Source of the DNA: Candidatus Sumerlaeaceae bacterium
GTDB taxonomy: Bacteria > Sumerlaeota > Sumerlaeia > Sumerlaeales > Sumerlaeaceae
Assembly (NCBI GenBank): GCA_051003195.1
Contig: JBPCLP010000001.1
Coordinates: 39,838-103,837 of the forward strand
DNA length: 64,000 nt
Direction of reading: 5' to 3'
This document shows, one piece after another, positions 61,190 to 64,000 of the stretch. The notes beneath the pieces were generated by a model. It ran no database searches, was not told the DNA's origin, and was given only the letters and a program-made list of their open reading frames with translations. A program made the position numbers and the translations under genes. Every line of letters begins with the position of its first letter. Position 1 is the stretch's first letter.

Positions 61190-62050
61190 CTACAGCCTAA
61201 GTTTTTGCCAGAGACCCGCAATCGTCCCAACCACTTTATCGAGGCTTGGTGCGTCATGATGCGCCGGAAGGCGTTTCACAAACGCGTGCCATTGCGCCTG
61301 CTTCTGATGGTCATCGTAGAACCGAGCCGTCAGCGCCAGCGGGAGTGCAGCTGGAATTTCAGTCTGCCGGCGTCCAAAGGTCGCATGTACTGCTTTTCGC
61401 AGTATAATGATCTTTAAGTGCTCGAGATTCACGAGAGTCCACACATCGTGGAAGTCCTTCATGCGACTGTTCGCTATGCCTAGCTTCACCATAGCCTCAA
61501 GTTTCTCGGCAATTACCGTCTCAACAGGATATGCTTTCAGCCGAGGCCGCTCCATCTCCAGCAGCGTTGGATACTCAATCTCTATCGACGCGGGGGTAAT
61601 CACGTCCCCCGCCGCGATGTCGACATAAACCGTCGCATCTGCGTGCTCCAGCTTCCCTGGAATCATGATTCTCATGCCGCCGTACTCCTGATGTTCCCGG
61701 ATGGTTTCGACGCGAATGTCATCAGGCTGGAACACGACCCCGTCGCCCGGAACGTTTACCTGGCATGCTGCTCGAAAGATTTTACGTAGTTCATCCTCTT
61801 CAATGGAGCCAATGCGCAGGAAATCGGCATCGCGCGTGGGTCTCGCTTCTTCGCCCGTCCACACGTATAGCAGCGCCGCGCCCTTTAAAACCAGCGTGTT
61901 GGCGGCCGGCGTAAGACTAATCCTGTACAGCAAGCGCTCGATTGCATACCGGGTCAGTACGAACGCAAAATCGCGTTTCGTTGCCTTCGCGTGATTCATC
62001 AGCCGCTGCCGCACCGACGCGGCAACGTTGCTGACCGGCTTCCTCGTCAC
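61190..62050 (-). CDS. abiEii: AbiEii/AbiGii-family nucleotidyltransferase toxin (type IV TA)
   Basis: ASVRQRL, ERLLYR, LKGAALL, RPTRDADF, AEKLEAM, NSRMKDFHD. Confidence 0.92.
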   Translation of the reverse strand: MTRKPVSNVAASVRQRLMNHAKATKRDFAFVLTRYAIERLLYRISLTPAANTLVLKGAALLYVWTGEEARPTRDADFLRIGSIEEDELRKIFRAACQVNVPGDGVVFQPDDIRVETIREHQEYGGMRIMIPGKLEHADATVYVDIAAGDVITPASIEIEYPTLLEMERPRLKAYPVETVIAEKLEAMVKLGIANSRMKDFHDVWTLVNLEHLKIIILRKAVHATFGRRQTEIPAALPLALTARFYDDHQKQAQWHAFVKRLPAHHDAPSLDKVVGTIAGLWQKLRL

Positions 62051-62634
62051 ACCAGCGATTCCAGGTATGGGCGCATCACGTTAGCCACGCGACAGATTTC
62101 CGCGAAATGCCACAGCTCGTCCATCGTCGCGCGTTTCTGCCACCAGCAGTTGCGCAGCGCGTCCAGCGCCACATCCAGGCCGATCTTGTTTCGGAACTTA
62201 AAACAATCCGCCACCGTTTTTGCCGGCGAGAAGATTTTCACTTTCACGCCCTCGATCTCGTGCACCTCCACCCCGCTGGTCAGAGCCGCGCCAGTCATAC
62301 GATGCACGCGGATAGGAACATTCTTCAGCCTGGGTGAGTGTGTATTCTGTGGAAGAGCAATATATAGGTCGCCTGGACTTTGATCCGTGAGACGATGGTA
62401 TACAAGCGCCGAGATCAGGCACAGCACCGCGTGGGGTGACTTGAGCGCAACAACTGCCAGCGCGAGATGCTTGGAAGGTTTGTAGTCGGCTGGTATGTAG
62501 ATCCCACGATCAAGGTGCAGCAGCTCCCCCTTTGCTGCACCACGTCGCAATTCTTCACGATGCGGAGTGCGTCGTTGGGTGCCGATACGCGCAGGAGCGA
62601 TAATGGAAGTTTTCGACCTTGCTTGCTTCTTCAT
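62047..62634 (-). CDS. abiEi: AbiEi-family antitoxin/transcriptional regulator (type IV TA)
   Basis: RGIY, CLISALVYH.LT, KTVADCFKFRNKIGLDVALDAL; overlaps the toxin start. Confidence 0.92.
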   Translation of the reverse strand: MKKQARSKTSIIAPARIGTQRRTPHREELRRGAAKGELLHLDRGIYIPADYKPSKHLALAVVALKSPHAVLCLISALVYHRLTDQSPGDLYIALPQNTHSPRLKNVPIRVHRMTGAALTSGVEVHEIEGVKVKIFSPAKTVADCFKFRNKIGLDVALDALRNCWWQKRATMDELWHFAEICRVANVMRPYLESLV

Positions 62635-62644
62635 GCAGACTGTT

Positions 62645-62690
62645 GTGACTTAAGCTACATATTTATTCATTATTATGTATATATCGTCAC
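62645..62690. promoter_or_regulatory. Imperfect inverted repeat, probable AbiEi operator
   Basis: GTGAC-6-TACATA-12-TATGTA-6-GTCAC directly upstream of the antitoxin; AbiEi proteins autoregulate via promoter inverted repeats. Confidence 0.6.
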
Positions 62691-62715
62691 TAACGAGAGG
62701 GGGATAAAATCGTCC

Positions 62716-62898
62716 GCTGGTGCGTGCGGGTCATCCCGGATGAGGGTCCTTGCTCGACGTGAGATGCTGATGAGGACTTGCGAGAAAGCTTGATCGTCGA
62801 GCGTCGCAGAGTGGACGCTCTCCCACGTCCCTGTAAGTAATCTAGCGGTGAGACATCGACGACGCTAGCAAATTAATTAGTGAAAACGTCAACGTCCC
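62716..62898 (-). repeat. Structured non-coding repeat element, copy D (left-truncated)
   Basis: Matches the right ~190 nt of copies A-C; followed by CGTCACCGAATTTCT twice (62905, 62943). Confidence 0.88.
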
Positions 62899-63118
62899 AC
62901 CCACCGTCACCGAATTTCTCCAATTTCGTCCAAAACCTCAATCGTCACCGAATTTCTTTAGTAGACGACTTGGTGTTTGACATCGCGATCTCGCCGACTT
63001 TAAGATCAAAAAAGACATATGGGAAGTGGAAGTGGCGGCAAAATACGACCAGGTAACGCGCAGCATGTGGCCACCAGTCTTCCAAAGCGAATAAAACTCG
63101 AAATGAGAACGCATCGTG

Positions 63119-64000
63119 ATGAACCAGATCATTACTATTATTTTTCCGCTGCGCGGAAAATCTCTTTCTAACCGCACTTCTTCCCACCCGCAAGAACCCA
63201 GTGGCAGCTGCGCGCGGCTTTATCAGGCACATGGCTGGCCCGCGCGCTCACTCGCTCTTTGTCTAGCCCTTAGTCTGGCCGCCGGCTCCGCCGGCGCGGC
63301 GGGATGGTCCGACAGCCCGCTAATAAATAATCCCGTATGCACTGCCGCCAGTAACCAGGAACTCCCCCAGATCGTGGCCGACGCAGCGGGAGGCGCCATC
63401 ATAACATGGCAAGACTACCGCAGCGGAACCGGAACAGCAGGCATCTACGCCCAGCGCTACGACGCCGCCGGAGCGCCACAGTGGACCGCCAACGGCGTAG
63501 CCGTATGCACCGCCGCCGGTGACCAGCGCGACCCCCAGATCGCGGCCGACGGAGCGGGCGGCGCCATCATCACATGGCGCGATACGCGCAGCGGAACAAG
63601 CGAGGACATCTACGCCCAGCGCTACGACGCCGCAGGAGCACCCCAGTGGACCGCCAACGGCGTAGCCGTATCCACCGCCGCCAATAACCAGTTCTTCCCC
63701 CAGATCGCGGCTGACGCAGCGGGAGGCGCCATCATCACATGGCACGACAACCGCAGCGGAATCTTCGACATCTACGCCCAGCGCGTTAACGCCGCCGGAG
63801 CGCCCCAGTGGACCGCCAACGGCGTAGCCGTATCCACCGCCGCCAGTTTGCAGGAATTCCCCCAGATCGCGGCCGACGGAGCGGGAGGCGCCATCATCAC
63901 GGGGCGCGACGCGCGCAACGTAGGCGCCTACGACATCTACGCCCAGCGCGTTAACGCCGCCGGAGCGCCCCAGTGGACCGCCAACGGCGTAGCCGTATCC
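63119..64000 (+). CDS. Secreted tandem-repeat (beta-propeller-like) protein, runs off the window end; absent from the ORF track
   Basis: Open frame from ATG 63119; signal-like SLALCLALSLAAGSAGA; ~55-aa repeats PQWTANGVAV.TAA..Q..PQI.AD.AGGAIIT..D.R.....IYAQR. Confidence 0.85.
   Translation, partial: MNQIITIIFPLRGKSLSNRTSSHPQEPSGSCARLYQAHGWPARSLALCLALSLAAGSAGAAGWSDSPLINNPVCTAASNQELPQIVADAAGGAIITWQDYRSGTGTAGIYAQRYDAAGAPQWTANGVAVCTAAGDQRDPQIAADGAGGAIITWRDTRSGTSEDIYAQRYDAAGAPQWTANGVAVSTAANNQFFPQIAADAAGGAIITWHDNRSGIFDIYAQRVNAAGAPQWTANGVAVSTAASLQEFPQIAADGAGGAIITGRDARNVGAYDIYAQRVNAAGAPQWTANGVAVS

Noticed and set aside
62761..62810. Hammerhead-like CTGATGAG...GAAA...GTC in element copies D and A
   Set aside because: Stem II lacks the closing G-C pair, stems I and III do not register with the core, and the motif is disrupted in copies B and C
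63479..64000. CRISPR-like regularly spaced 28-mers
   Set aside because: Intervening sequences are ~135 nt, homologous to each other and in frame within a protein-coding repeat

Overview
GC-rich bacterial chromosomal DNA. Two secreted proteins end in a 'W-x-L-L-E' motif that I recall from Candidatus Sumerlaeota (BRC1) proteins, so that origin is tentative. About 1-30.3 kb is mostly housekeeping: YhaN-like ATPase, O-methyltransferase, cstA, pyk, two GT-C-type membrane proteins, hemE-hemN-hemY-hemH, osmC, yjbQ, hinT, lipid kinase, CysZ/EI24, HD protein, epimerase and a Kelch protein. It also holds an AT-rich rifampin ADP-ribosyltransferase (arr) inserted behind an IS4 remnant and a ~100-bp CTAG-bounded MITE. 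About 30.3-64 kb is an accessory mosaic: a YaiO/TPR-RR-HEAT-GT2 surface-polysaccharide cluster, a PAS plus GGDEF-EAL pair, many large secreted repeat proteins, an orphan RiPP-like precursor, an IS110 fragment, a GYGS-repeat peptide, copA, a truncated REP-associated HUH (Y1/RAYT) transposase and an AbiEi/AbiEii TA pair. The most striking unexplained feature is a ~590-nt structured non-coding element in four co-oriented copies (two full, two left-truncated). It carries a conserved minus-strand sigma70-like promoter, a boxA-like motif, conserved hairpins and stuttered ends. Its right end resembles the inverted repeats flanking the RAYT. Several cargo blocks are bracketed by inward-facing motifs of this kind, suggesting an HUH-transposase-linked gene-cassette system. 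No rRNA, tRNA or CRISPR array was recognised. All alignments were done by eye.
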